IMG/VR virus record: IMGVR_UViG_3300042923_000619
Location: 132,136-196,135 of that record
Strand: one strand, 5' to 3'
Length of the DNA: 64,000 bases
Origin: a virus
Shown here: one piece after another, positions 53,981 through 64,000 of the stretch
How the letters are laid out: each line of letters begins with the position of its first letter
Numbering within the stretch: position 1 is the stretch's first letter
Program-made: the position numbers and the translations under genes
The notes under the pieces: model-generated
Database searches by the model: none
What the model was told of the DNA's origin: nothing
Seen by the model: only the letters and a program-made list of their open reading frames with translations

Positions 53981-55093
53981 ATGATTATTGACGCACAAGA
54001 ATTAAAACAAAAAATTAGTGAAAGTGATGTAATCACTATTTTAAAACTTTTAGGAGCAAAAACTTTTATAGATACTAAAGAAGCAATAATAACTCAAACT
54101 GTATGTCATAAAGGTCATAGTGATAAATTATATTATTATAAAAATAGCAATATGTTTCACTGTTATACTGATTGTGGAGATAATTTTGACATTATAGAAC
54201 TTGTAAAAAGAAATAAGAATTATATAAATATTAATTTTGCTATACAATGGATTACTACACAATTAGGTATAGATACTTATACATATGGATTTAAAGAACA
54301 AAATAAAATAGAAATAATAAAAGACTGGGACTTCATAAGTGGCTACATAAACAGAAAGCAAAGAAAAGCAAATGTAAAACAAGAATTACCAGAACTAAAT
54401 ATAAACATACTAAACATATTTCAAAAAATGTATTGGGAAGAATGGCTAAAAGATGGTATTTCTATTGAGTCAATGAAAAAATATAATATTCTATACAATA
54501 CTTTATATCAAAAAGTAATAATACCACATTTTGATATGAATAATAGATTAATTGGTATAAGAGGTAGAGCAACAGATGAAGATGAAGTAGATATATTTGG
54601 AAAGTATACTCCTTTTATGTGGCAAGGACAAATGTTTAATCATCCTTTGTCTCAGAATTTATATGGATTAAATCAAAATAAGAATACTATTCAATTGAAG
54701 AAGAAAATTATGTTAGTGGAGAGTGAAAAAGGAGTTCTCCAAACAGATACAATGTTTGGAGAAGATAATTTTACAGTAGCAATATGTGGAAATAATTTAA
54801 GCGATTTTCAAAGAGATTTAATATTGTCTTTAGGTGTTGAAGAAGTAATAATAGGATTAGATAGGCAATACAAAGAGATAGATGATGTAGAATACAATAA
54901 ATGGTCAAAGCATATTAGGGAAAGATTAGTTGCAAAATTAGCACCATTTGTAAGAGTTTATGTTTTATGGGATACAGAAGGTCTTCTAAAATATAAAGAT
55001 TCACCAACTGATGTCTCAAAAGAAGTTTTACTAAAATTAATGAAAAATAAAATATATGTAGAAACATATAATGAAAGTGAAGTGATATTATGA
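53981..55093 (+). CDS. DNA primase (CHC2 Zn finger + TOPRIM)
   Basis: TVCH....FHCYTDCG, IIPHFD...LIGIRGR, LYGL, VESEK, GLD, KDSP; ATG at 53981. Confidence 0.85.
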   Translation: MIIDAQELKQKISESDVITILKLLGAKTFIDTKEAIITQTVCHKGHSDKLYYYKNSNMFHCYTDCGDNFDIIELVKRNKNYININFAIQWITTQLGIDTYTYGFKEQNKIEIIKDWDFISGYINRKQRKANVKQELPELNINILNIFQKMYWEEWLKDGISIESMKKYNILYNTLYQKVIIPHFDMNNRLIGIRGRATDEDEVDIFGKYTPFMWQGQMFNHPLSQNLYGLNQNKNTIQLKKKIMLVESEKGVLQTDTMFGEDNFTVAICGNNLSDFQRDLILSLGVEEVIIGLDRQYKEIDDVEYNKWSKHIRERLVAKLAPFVRVYVLWDTEGLLKYKDSPTDVSKEVLLKLMKNKIYVETYNESEVIL

Positions 55094-56829
55094 GTTTTAA
55101 ATATAATTTAATAGGTAATAATTTAGGATTTGGAGATATATTAGAAACCATTTTGAAAAATAGAGGTATAAATAATATAAGTGAATTTCTCAATCCTACA
55201 GAAAAAAACATAGAAGACATTAATCATTATGATAATGTAGAAGAGTGGATTTCAATTTTCTTGAAACACATTAATAAAAATAATAATATTGGTATAATTG
55301 TTGATTCAGATTTTGATGGATTTTCTTCAGCTTCTTTAATTTATCAATATATAAAATTACTTAATCCTTCAATTGATATTAAATATTTTGTACACAAAGG
55401 AAAAGCACATGGCTTAAAAGACTTAATGAATGAAATTGCAGAAGTGCAAAATAATATACAATTACTTATAATACCTGATGCGAGTAGTGGAGACTTTGAA
55501 CAACACTCATTTGCTAAGTCTTGGGGAATAGATATACTTATAGCTGACCATCACGAGGTTAAAGGTGATGTATATAGTGTAGATGCTATTGTGGTCAATA
55601 ACCAATTATCAAAAAGAGTAACCAACAAATCATTAACTGGTGTAGGTGTAATTTATAAGTTATGTAAGGAAATTGATAAAAGGTTAAATATAAATTATGC
55701 AGATAATTTTTTAGATTTAGTAACAGTTGGAATGATAGCTGATGTTTGTGATTTAACAAATTTAGAAAGTCGATATTTAGTTAATAAAGGAATAGAACAA
55801 ATTAAAAATAATAAGAATCACAATGAATTAATATCAAAACTAATTGAAAAACAAGCATATAGTATGGGTAATAAAATAACAATTATGGGAATAGCATTTT
55901 ATATTTGTCCTTTAATAAACTCAATGACTAGAATGGGAACAATAGAAGAAAATAGGATTTTATTTGAAGCCATGTGTAACAAAGAACAAACTATGATTGA
56001 TAAAGTTAGGGGAAAAGGTGAAGTTGAAATGACTTTACAAGAGTATGCTATAAGAAAATGTGAAGCTACAAAAAGACTTCAAAAGAAAAGTACAGATAAG
56101 GGCTTAGAATTAATGAGTGAACAAATAGAACAATTTAAAATAAATGAAATGGCTATTATGATATGCAATGGTGATAAATTAGAAAAATCTTTAACTGGAT
56201 TAGTAGCAAATAAGGTGGCGTCTCAATTTCAAAGACCATGTATAATATTAAAAACTACAAATGACACTTTAAGTGGTAGTGGTCGAGGATTTGAAAGAAA
56301 TCAAATTCAAGATTTGAAACAATGGTGCAATGAAACTGGATTGTTTATACTTGCAGAAGGACATGCTAATGCAATGGGATTGTCTATACATAAAAATAAG
56401 ATAAATGAATTATATAATATAACAAGACAAATTCCTTGTAGTACAGAATTAATTTATTGTGTTGATGGTATATATAATTCAAAATCATTAAATAAAGCAA
56501 TTGTAATTTCTGTAGCAAGTATGGGAAAGATATGGGGAACAACAGTAAAAGAACCATTGTTTGCAATAGAAAAATTACAAATAGATAGTAGTAAAATTAA
56601 TTTAATTGGTAGTAAAAAGAATACAATATCATTTCAATACAATGACATTGATTTTATTAAATTTAATTCAAGTGAAGAAGAATATCAAAAAATAATTATT
56701 GGACAAAAGGATGTTGAATTTACTATTATAGGTAGATTTAGTGTTAATGAATACAATGGAAATACAAAACCCCAAATATTAATTGAAGATATGTTGTATA
56801 AAGATGTTGATAAAATTTTCCGTTTCTGA
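55090..56829 (+). CDS. recJ: RecJ-like DHH ssDNA exonuclease
   Basis: DSDFDG, KAHG, PDAS, ADHH, LTGVGV, GMIADV, SGSGR, EGHANAMG. Confidence 0.9.
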   Translation: MSFKYNLIGNNLGFGDILETILKNRGINNISEFLNPTEKNIEDINHYDNVEEWISIFLKHINKNNNIGIIVDSDFDGFSSASLIYQYIKLLNPSIDIKYFVHKGKAHGLKDLMNEIAEVQNNIQLLIIPDASSGDFEQHSFAKSWGIDILIADHHEVKGDVYSVDAIVVNNQLSKRVTNKSLTGVGVIYKLCKEIDKRLNINYADNFLDLVTVGMIADVCDLTNLESRYLVNKGIEQIKNNKNHNELISKLIEKQAYSMGNKITIMGIAFYICPLINSMTRMGTIEENRILFEAMCNKEQTMIDKVRGKGEVEMTLQEYAIRKCEATKRLQKKSTDKGLELMSEQIEQFKINEMAIMICNGDKLEKSLTGLVANKVASQFQRPCIILKTTNDTLSGSGRGFERNQIQDLKQWCNETGLFILAEGHANAMGLSIHKNKINELYNITRQIPCSTELIYCVDGIYNSKSLNKAIVISVASMGKIWGTTVKEPLFAIEKLQIDSSKINLIGSKKNTISFQYNDIDFIKFNSSEEEYQKIIIGQKDVEFTIIGRFSVNEYNGNTKPQILIEDMLYKDVDKIFRF

Positions 56830-56871
56830 TACAATATAAATAAATTAATAGAATTATAGGAGGTAAAATAA

Positions 56872-59800
56872 ATGAGTCATTTTTTAGCACATAATCATGA
56901 TGAGCATTCTAATGATAGGTTAAAAGACTGTAATATAAAATTAAGCAAACTTATTGACTATGCAGTAGAATTAGGATTAAAAGGAATAGCTATCACCGAC
57001 CACGAATGTTTGAGTGGTCATATAGAAGCCATTCAAAAAGTAAAACAAATTAAAGAAAAAGGAATTGATTTTACTTTAGGCTTAGGAAATGAAATATATC
57101 TAGTTGATTCATTAGAAGAAGTTAGAGACAATTATAAATCAGGAGTTACAAAATTTCCCCATTTTATACTTATTGCTAAAACAAAAAGAGGACATGAAGC
57201 CTTACGAAAATTATCAACTATGGCTTGGAGTAATTCTTTTAAAACTGGGAAAATGGAAAGAGTTGTAACAGAAACAGCTTATTTAAGCCAAATTGTACAA
57301 GAATACAAGGGAGAATTAATTGCAAGTAGTGCTTGTTTGGGAAGTTATTTGGGAATAAAATTTAAGCAATATCAACAAGAACCATCTCAAATAATAATTA
57401 ATAGTATAAATAAATTTACAAATGCTTGTAAATTCTTATTTGGAGAAGATTTTTATTTAGAAATTCAGCCATCTTTTATGGAAGACCAAATTGAATATAA
57501 TAAATTCATAATCAAATTAGCTGAGATTCATAACATTAAAGTTATATATACTACAGATACACATTATTTAACTAAAGAACATCGACTTTTGCATAAATCT
57601 TTTCTCCAATCACAAGAGGGTGATAGAGAGGTAGATGATTTTTATTCATCTACCTACATGATGACAAAAGAGGAAGTGTGGGAATATTTACAAGGATATA
57701 TTGATAGAGACTATTTTGAACAAATGGCAAACAATACTTTGGAGTTGGCTAGTAAAATAGAGTTTTATGATTTATCTCAGGATACAATAGTTCCTCAAAT
57801 TTGTGTTCCACCTTTTAATACAGAAAATGTAATGAAACAATATTGTGATACTTATGAATACATAAATAAATATTATCATAGTAATTTTTTAATTGATAAA
57901 TATTTAATATTTATGTTAGTAGAAGGAATGAAAGAAAGAAATCAAAGTTTCAATGAGAAAAATTTGAGTAGAATCAATACAGAGTTAAAAGAACTATGGT
58001 TAATTAGTGATAAATTACATAGTAGACTATCTTCATATTATTTGTTAGTTCAAGAAGTAGTAAATTTGATGTGGACAGTTTCTTTGGTAGGAATAGCAAG
58101 AGGAAGTGCAACTGGTTTTTATCTATGTTATTTACTTGGAATTACTCAAATGAATCCTATGGACTTTAATCTATGCCATTGGAGGCATATATCAGCAGAA
58201 CGTCCTGAGTTACCAGATATTGATGTTGATAGTGAAGCTGATAAGAGACCTTTAATATTTAAATTATTAAAAGAAAAATATGGATACGATAGAGTTCTTA
58301 ATATTATTACCTTTAAAACATTAAAACCAAAAGCTTCAATTCAAACAGCAGGTAGGGGATTACAATATAATAATGATGAAATTCAAGCTATCTCAGATAT
58401 GATACCAGTTGAAAGAGGACAACAATGGTCATTATCTGATTGTTTATATGGTAATGAAGAACTTGAAAGAAAACCAATTAAAGAATTTATAAATTTAATT
58501 AATCAATATGATGGATTATTGGAATCTGCTTTGGATATGGAGGGATTGATAGTTGGAAGGTCTATTCATGCTAGTGGATTATATATCTTTAATGACCATT
58601 ATATAAAGCAAAATTCTTTAATGAAATCTCCAAGTGGTGAAGATATCACTTGTTGGAGTATGTCTGATAGTGATTATTGTGGAGCTTTAAAAATAGATTG
58701 TTTAACAATAGAAGCATTAGATAAAATAAGAACTTGTATGCAACTATTAATTGACGATGGATTGTTAGAACAACAAGCAACCTTGAGAGAAACATATAAT
58801 AAATATCTTCATCCAGATACCCTTATTTATGAAAATGAAGATATGTATAAGTTACTATATAATGGTGATATTATAAATGCATTTCAATATGAAGGTTCGG
58901 TTGGTGAACAAGCTTTAAGAAAAATTCAACCTCACAAATTTGATGAAATTATAGCAGGAAATTCAATAATGAGATTAGCAAACAAAGGTGGAGAACAACC
59001 TTTAGACAAATATGTCAGATTTAAAAATGATATTTCTCAATGGTATAAAGAAATGAATGCTTATAGCTTAAATGCAGATGAAATATCTGTCATGGAAAAA
59101 CATCTAAAACCTTTATATGGTGTAGCAGATACTCAAGAAGTGGTAATGTTATTATCAATGGATGAACATATTTCTAATTTTTCTTTAAAAGAAGCCAACA
59201 AATTAAGAAAAGGTATAGCAAAAAAGAAGAAAAAAATATTAGAAGAATGTAAGGAAATGTTTTATCAAAAGGGTTTAGAGAGTAATACTAGAAAAGAATT
59301 ACTAGATTATGTTTGGGAGATGCAAATTACTCCACAACTTGGATATTCTTTTTCTGTAAATCATACTACTCCTTATAGTGGTATATTAATTCAAGAAATG
59401 AATTTAGCTTACAAGTATGGAGATATGTATTGGAAATGTGGTTGTTTGTCTGTAAATGCAGGAGCAATAGGAGAAGGAAAATCAACTGACTATGGTAAAA
59501 TAGCAAAAGCCGTATCAGAAATGAATAGTTTGGTAGATGCTCCTAATATACTATATTCTGAAGAAGGCTTTACAATTCATAATGATAAAATATTATTTGG
59601 CTTGAGAGCAATATCAGAAGTTGGTAGTAGTGATATAGAAGTAATTAAAAACACTAGACCATATAATTCATATGAAGATTTTATAGATAAGTGTGGAGAT
59701 AAGCTAAGTAAAGCAACAATTGTTAATTTAATTAAATGTGGTGCATTAGATGAATTCAGTAATAGACAAGAATTGATGGACAAATATTTAAACTCTGTAG

Positions 59801-60717
59801 CTGAATTTAAAACATCTTTTACATTAGCAAACATACCAACGTTAATGGAATTAGGATTAATAGATGAACAAAAATATAACATAGAGTTATCTTATTATAA
59901 TTTATATAAAAACATATGTACTAAACCTAATTTAATTGCCAAAACAACTGAATTAAAAGGAGAATGGTATAAAATAGACAACTCTATAGTAGATACTTTC
60001 TTAGATATGTGTGATAGTTTGAAAGAAAGTGTTGATTATCAATATTATGATAATACTTCTTGTTATATAGTTAAGAAAACAAAAATTAAAAGTATAATGG
60101 ATAGTAAAATTGAAAATATGGTAAAAGAAATATTAAATTCTGAAACAACTGCAACAAATTATAATAATTTAAAATTAAAAGAATTGTATGATAAGTATGC
60201 AGAAGGGAATATATATAAATGGGAAATGGATAGTATGAATTATTACAAAACAGGACATGAATTGGATTGTGTTAATAAAGAAAGATACACAATACAGAAT
60301 TTCTTTGACTTACCTTATGACCCTATAGTAAATGATTCTTGGACTAATAAAAATGGTAAGGAATTTAAAAGGTATAAATTAAATTTAATAATGGGAACAG
60401 TTTTAGATAGAGATAAAACAAAACATACAGTTTCATTGCTAACTACAGATGGAGTGGTTACTTGTAAATTATATGATGGTGCTTTCAACTTTTACAATAA
60501 AACAATTTCTCAAATATTACCTAATGGCAAAAAGAAAAGAATAGAAGAAAGTTGGTTTAAAAGAGGAACAAAGATATTAGTATATGGATTTAGAATGGGA
60601 GACCAGTTCAAACCAAGAAAATATAAAAACTCAATATTTCAACATTCAATAATGAAAATAAATATGGTAAATGAAGATGGAACTATTGTAGTTCAACAAG
60701 AAAGAACCGAAGTGTAA
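56872..60717 (+). CDS. dnaE: DNA polymerase III alpha subunit (DnaE), no intein seen
   Basis: PHP motifs (HNH..HS, ITDH), GIARGSA, SAERPELPDIDVD, GRSIHASG, KIDCL, GYSFS..H. Confidence 0.95.
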   Translation: MSHFLAHNHDEHSNDRLKDCNIKLSKLIDYAVELGLKGIAITDHECLSGHIEAIQKVKQIKEKGIDFTLGLGNEIYLVDSLEEVRDNYKSGVTKFPHFILIAKTKRGHEALRKLSTMAWSNSFKTGKMERVVTETAYLSQIVQEYKGELIASSACLGSYLGIKFKQYQQEPSQIIINSINKFTNACKFLFGEDFYLEIQPSFMEDQIEYNKFIIKLAEIHNIKVIYTTDTHYLTKEHRLLHKSFLQSQEGDREVDDFYSSTYMMTKEEVWEYLQGYIDRDYFEQMANNTLELASKIEFYDLSQDTIVPQICVPPFNTENVMKQYCDTYEYINKYYHSNFLIDKYLIFMLVEGMKERNQSFNEKNLSRINTELKELWLISDKLHSRLSSYYLLVQEVVNLMWTVSLVGIARGSATGFYLCYLLGITQMNPMDFNLCHWRHISAERPELPDIDVDSEADKRPLIFKLLKEKYGYDRVLNIITFKTLKPKASIQTAGRGLQYNNDEIQAISDMIPVERGQQWSLSDCLYGNEELERKPIKEFINLINQYDGLLESALDMEGLIVGRSIHASGLYIFNDHYIKQNSLMKSPSGEDITCWSMSDSDYCGALKIDCLTIEALDKIRTCMQLLIDDGLLEQQATLRETYNKYLHPDTLIYENEDMYKLLYNGDIINAFQYEGSVGEQALRKIQPHKFDEIIAGNSIMRLANKGGEQPLDKYVRFKNDISQWYKEMNAYSLNADEISVMEKHLKPLYGVADTQEVVMLLSMDEHISNFSLKEANKLRKGIAKKKKKILEECKEMFYQKGLESNTRKELLDYVWEMQITPQLGYSFSVNHTTPYSGILIQEMNLAYKYGDMYWKCGCLSVNAGAIGEGKSTDYGKIAKAVSEMNSLVDAPNILYSEEGFTIHNDKILFGLRAISEVGSSDIEVIKNTRPYNSYEDFIDKCGDKLSKATIVNLIKCGALDEFSNRQELMDKYLNSVAEFKTSFTLANIPTLMELGLIDEQKYNIELSYYNLYKNICTKPNLIAKTTELKGEWYKIDNSIVDTFLDMCDSLKESVDYQYYDNTSCYIVKKTKIKSIMDSKIENMVKEILNSETTATNYNNLKLKELYDKYAEGNIYKWEMDSMNYYKTGHELDCVNKERYTIQNFFDLPYDPIVNDSWTNKNGKEFKRYKLNLIMGTVLDRDKTKHTVSLLTTDGVVTCKLYDGAFNFYNKTISQILPNGKKKRIEESWFKRGTKILVYGFRMGDQFKPRKYKNSIFQHSIMKINMVNEDGTIVVQQERTEV

Positions 60718-60739
60718 AATAAATTAATAAAATAAAGAG

Positions 60740-63007
60740 GTGTTTAAAAATATGGAAGATGAAAAAATCGTAAAGTGTATAGTGGAATTAGAAAGAATAT
60801 TTTTCCCTAAAAGAAGAAGTAGTATCAAGAATGGAGAATATGGAATATTTTTAGCCAACATTATTGAACCATTAGACAATTGTGAGAATATATTTAAAAC
60901 AATAAAATTGAAAGGAACTGGATGTGAAATAAATTATGGAGAAAAGTATAAAGTTACATGTAAATTAGCAGATGTAAATGAACAATATGGAGATACATAC
61001 GAAATTGTATATGATAATAGACTTGTAGACTTAAAAGATAAAGTTAAACAACACAACTTTTTAATGTCAATATTAAATGAAACTACAGTAAACAGATTGT
61101 TTGAAACATATGAGGATGTTGTAAGTTTATTGGAAAACGAAGATGTGAAATCATTAGTAAAAGTTAAAGGTATTGGTGTTCCTACGGCTATGCGAATAAT
61201 AGATAAATATAAAGATTGTAAAGATTATAGTTCAATATATACTGAATTAGGTCATTTAGGATTATCCAATAATTTAATTAAAAGGTTAGTAGATTTTTAC
61301 AAATCTCCAGATGTGGCTATTGATACAATTAAAACAAATCCTTATGATTTAGTTAGAGTTGATGGAATAGGATTCAAGAAAGCTGATGAAATAGCAGAAA
61401 AAGTTGGTATAAGTGGTTCAAATCCAAATAGAGTAAAAGGATGTTTAATTTATATTCTTTCTCAAGGAGGAGAAAATGGAAGGAGTTATTTGCATTATGC
61501 TGACTTATTAAAGCAATTAAATGATTCTATTGGATATGTAGAGCAAGATATAATAAATAAAGTTGCACAAAGCTTAATAGCTAAAAAAGAAGTATATGTG
61601 AGTGACAATGGAGAATATATTGGATTACATAAATACAGAAAACTTGAAGAAGATATTGCATTGGAATTAATTAGAATATTAAATGCTGATTCTAAAATTG
61701 AAATTGCTGATATAGAAAATATAATTAAAGAAACGGAGAAAGCACAAGAATATGATTTCACAGAGGAACAAAGAGAAGCAATAATAACTTTTGCCAAAGA
61801 AAATTTATTAGCCCTAACTGGTGGAGCAGGAACAGGTAAGTCAACTACTATAAAAGGCATGGTAGATTTAGTTAGTGATTACTCATGTATTGGTTGTAGT
61901 TTATCTGGTAAAGCTTCAGTAAGGATAAAAGAAGCTACTGGAATGGAAGCAATGACAATTCATAGATTATTGGGATATCAACATGGACAATTTATGTTCA
62001 ATTCTGAAACACCATTACCTTATGACGTATATATAATGGATGAAGCAACAATGACTTCAGGAGAATTATTTTTAAGCTTTTTGAAAGCTATTCCTAATGG
62101 TTCTAAATTAGTATTGGCTGGGGATGTACAACAATTAACACCTATAGGAAGTTGTCAAGTATTTGCAGATGTATTAAACTGTGGTGTAGTTCCTACCGTT
62201 AGATTAACTAAACCTCATAGACAAGCTTTAAAATCAGGTATTATTCCATTATCAATGAGTATAATAAATCAACAACCAGTTTGTGATTCAACTTTTCAAG
62301 GTAAACAAATTCTAGGAGAATTACAAGACATGGAATTAGATGTCTTTAAAGATGATTTATTACCTTCAAGTAGAGTCGTTAATCACTTCTTAACACAATA
62401 TAATATAGAACCTAATTTGATGGAAATTCAAATTGCAGTTCCTATGAAAAATAGAGGTGATATGTGTACATACAATTTAAATTTATTAATACAAAGTAAA
62501 ATAAACCCTATAAATGAAAATAGAAAGAATATAATAGTATCATTAGATAAAGAAAGATTTTATACAATTCAAACTGGGGACAAAGTTATAAATACTAAAA
62601 ACAATTATAATGCTAAAACATTAGAAGGTGATGATGTGGCAGTATTTAATGGAAATATGGGAATAGTAAAAGACATTAAAGATGGATTTATCACAATAGA
62701 TTTTGATGGAATTGGAGAAGTTGTACTAGATGGAGCAAGTTCTAAATCATTAGAATTAGGATATGCTTGTACAATACACAAGTTACAAGGTTCACAATTC
62801 CATAGGTTGATATTTGCTATAAACTCATCAGATTTTGTATTATTAAATGCTGAATTAGGATATACAGGAATAACTAGAGCATCTAAATATTGTGTATTTG
62901 TATTTAAAAATCAAGCTATGAAAACAATGGTTAATAAACGTGAAGTTAAGAATAAACAAACTTATTTGAGTATGATACTACAAGAAAAATTATTAAAAGC
63001 AAGTTAA
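60740..63007 (+). CDS. recD2: RecD2/TraA-like SF1 helicase
   Basis: HhH motifs (KGIG, DGIGFKKAD), TGGAGTGKST, MDEA, GDVQQL, TIHKLQGSQ, YTGITRA. Confidence 0.92.
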   Translation: MFKNMEDEKIVKCIVELERIFFPKRRSSIKNGEYGIFLANIIEPLDNCENIFKTIKLKGTGCEINYGEKYKVTCKLADVNEQYGDTYEIVYDNRLVDLKDKVKQHNFLMSILNETTVNRLFETYEDVVSLLENEDVKSLVKVKGIGVPTAMRIIDKYKDCKDYSSIYTELGHLGLSNNLIKRLVDFYKSPDVAIDTIKTNPYDLVRVDGIGFKKADEIAEKVGISGSNPNRVKGCLIYILSQGGENGRSYLHYADLLKQLNDSIGYVEQDIINKVAQSLIAKKEVYVSDNGEYIGLHKYRKLEEDIALELIRILNADSKIEIADIENIIKETEKAQEYDFTEEQREAIITFAKENLLALTGGAGTGKSTTIKGMVDLVSDYSCIGCSLSGKASVRIKEATGMEAMTIHRLLGYQHGQFMFNSETPLPYDVYIMDEATMTSGELFLSFLKAIPNGSKLVLAGDVQQLTPIGSCQVFADVLNCGVVPTVRLTKPHRQALKSGIIPLSMSIINQQPVCDSTFQGKQILGELQDMELDVFKDDLLPSSRVVNHFLTQYNIEPNLMEIQIAVPMKNRGDMCTYNLNLLIQSKINPINENRKNIIVSLDKERFYTIQTGDKVINTKNNYNAKTLEGDDVAVFNGNMGIVKDIKDGFITIDFDGIGEVVLDGASSKSLELGYACTIHKLQGSQFHRLIFAINSSDFVLLNAELGYTGITRASKYCVFVFKNQAMKTMVNKREVKNKQTYLSMILQEKLLKAS

Positions 63008-63028
63008 ACAAATTAATAGAAATATATG

Positions 63029-63057
63029 TTGACTTTGAAACAAAATAAGAGTATATT
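63029..63057 (+). promoter_or_regulatory. sigmaA promoter
   Basis: TTGACT-17bp-TATATT; AACAAATTAAT at 63007-63017. Confidence 0.55.
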
Positions 63058-63059
63058 AT

Positions 63060-63098
63060 AGATACAGGATTAATTAGTAAATCTTGTATCTGTTTTTT
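63060..63098 (+). terminator. Intrinsic terminator after the replication operon
   Basis: AGATACAGGA/TCTTGTATCT stem plus T6. Confidence 0.8.
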
Positions 63099-63226
63099 AT
63101 TTACATAGAAACTAAGTTCCATTAAAAACGATAATTTATTTGAATTGTAAACAAATTAATTGATAATAGTATTGAACTAATTAGAAAAGTATGGTAAGAT
63201 ATGATTATGAAAGGAAGTGAAATGTA

Positions 63227-63615
63227 ATGACAAAAGTAATAGCAACAAAAACTAATAATACTATGAAATATACAAAGGATAAAGAATATGATGCTAGAAT
63301 AAGTCAACAATGTAATTCTATATTATTTATAGAAAATGATTTAGGAGATAATGTAATAGTTAATAGATATGATTTTACAACAAAAGTTTGGAAGAAAGGA
63401 GAGTATAAATGAAAGATAACAAAATAATAGGATTTAATTTAAGTTTGAATTTTGTATTTAAGAACGAAAATAAACAATATAAAGAAGTTATTAATAAAGT
63501 AGAAGATATGTTAGATGAATTGTTCCCAAACGGAGAAGATACTGATGTAATGTTATTAGGTGGAAAAGCTGAATATATTAGAGAAAAGAATGACTTAGGA
63601 ATCGAAAAATTATAA
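63227..63615 (+). other. Small hypothetical ORFs (63227-63412, 63409-63615)
   Basis: ORF track. Confidence 0.6.
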
Positions 63616-63688
63616 ATGTATTCCAGTAAATCTTGAATTTTAAAAGCTTACAATAAATTAATATAAGATGGAAAGGATTGAAGTATAA

Positions 63689-64000
63689 ATGATTAGAAAA
63701 GGATTAGTATTTATACTAACAGATGAAGTTGAAGAAACATATAATTACATAATATCTAAAACCCCTAAAGATACAATAACTCAAGCAAGAAATATGCTTG
63801 GTCAAAAAGTAATATTATTAAATGACTATAGAATTACAATACTTGATAATATAACGCTTATAGCAAGAGGACATAAACCAGAATTATCTTATATAATTGG
63901 AAATATAGAAACACCTAAGTTTGGAGATGTAGATTTTCTAAAATATATATCAAATATATCTACAAGAAAAGAGAAAATAAGAAAAATTGATTCTTTAGAA
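63689..64000 (+). CDS. Second copy of the 29126 gene (runs off the window)
   Basis: 310/312 nt identical to 29126-29437. Confidence 0.9.
   Translation, partial: MIRKGLVFILTDEVEETYNYIISKTPKDTITQARNMLGQKVILLNDYRITILDNITLIARGHKPELSYIIGNIETPKFGDVDFLKYISNISTRKEKIRKIDSLE

Larger units (their letters stand above)
3360..63160. promoter_or_regulatory. Dispersed AACAAATTAAT operator-like motif (15 exact copies found by eye, many AATAAATTAAT variants)
   Basis: + strand: 6649, 8530, 11171, 12770, 32534, 32592, 38133, 47708, 48144, 49099, 63007, 63150; - strand: 3360, 3402, 3825. Confidence 0.8.
1..64000 (+). mobile_element. Segment of a large SPbeta-like temperate phage/prophage (probably Clostridium host): control, accessory/early and replication regions
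   Basis: Dense co-directional small ORFs, phage-type replication cluster with SPbeta-like gene order (AAA ATPase, DnaB, primase, RecJ, DnaE), Rha, HNH and MTase genes, Firmicutes-type RBS (AGGAGG/AGGTG), no core host genes. Boundaries lie outside the window. Confidence 0.9.

Noticed and set aside
2135-63310. Most minus-strand ORFs in the track (e.g. 4284-4559, 12186-12575, 52684-53283, 59577-59882, 61495-61860)
   Set aside because: They are shadows of well-supported + strand genes, Phe/Ile/Ser-rich as expected from antisense AT-rich codons, without RBS
1-64000. CRISPR array, tRNA, rRNA or tmRNA
   Set aside because: No regularly spaced direct repeats with unique spacers; no T-loop/CCA cloverleaf or rRNA signatures seen

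Overview
The window is a very AT-rich, almost entirely + strand segment of a large SPbeta-like temperate phage or prophage, most likely from a Clostridium host. No host housekeeping genes, virion structural genes, tRNA/rRNA genes or CRISPR arrays were recognised. From left to right it contains: (i) a putative immunity/lysis-lysogeny region with XRE repressors, a ParB-fold protein and a catalytically degenerate tyrosine-recombinase-fold protein resembling the SPbeta master repressor MrpR/YopR; (ii) a self-contained three-gene operon encoding a MazF/EndoA ribonuclease with extra domains, a short HTH-less TPR-like protein and an unannotated 30-aa secreted-type propeptide (MKKILSYALALAVFVAPTVIRILSSGGGWG). 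This is the best candidate for a novel system, an arbitrium-like peptide-controlled MazF module; (iii) about 40 kb of small accessory genes (mini kinase, orphan DNA methylases, SprT, UvsE, alpha-amylase, guanylate kinase, PAPS-reductase-like protein, homing endonucleases, TnpB), whose junctions repeatedly carry a TAAAA-N6-TTTTA recombinase-like core, an AACAAATTAAT operator-like motif and, at five sites, Fur-box-like palindromes; (iv) an SPbeta yorF-yorL-type replication module (SSB-like, AAA ATPase, DnaB, primase, RecJ, DnaE) plus RecD2. Family assignments come from motif recognition by eye; no database search could be run.
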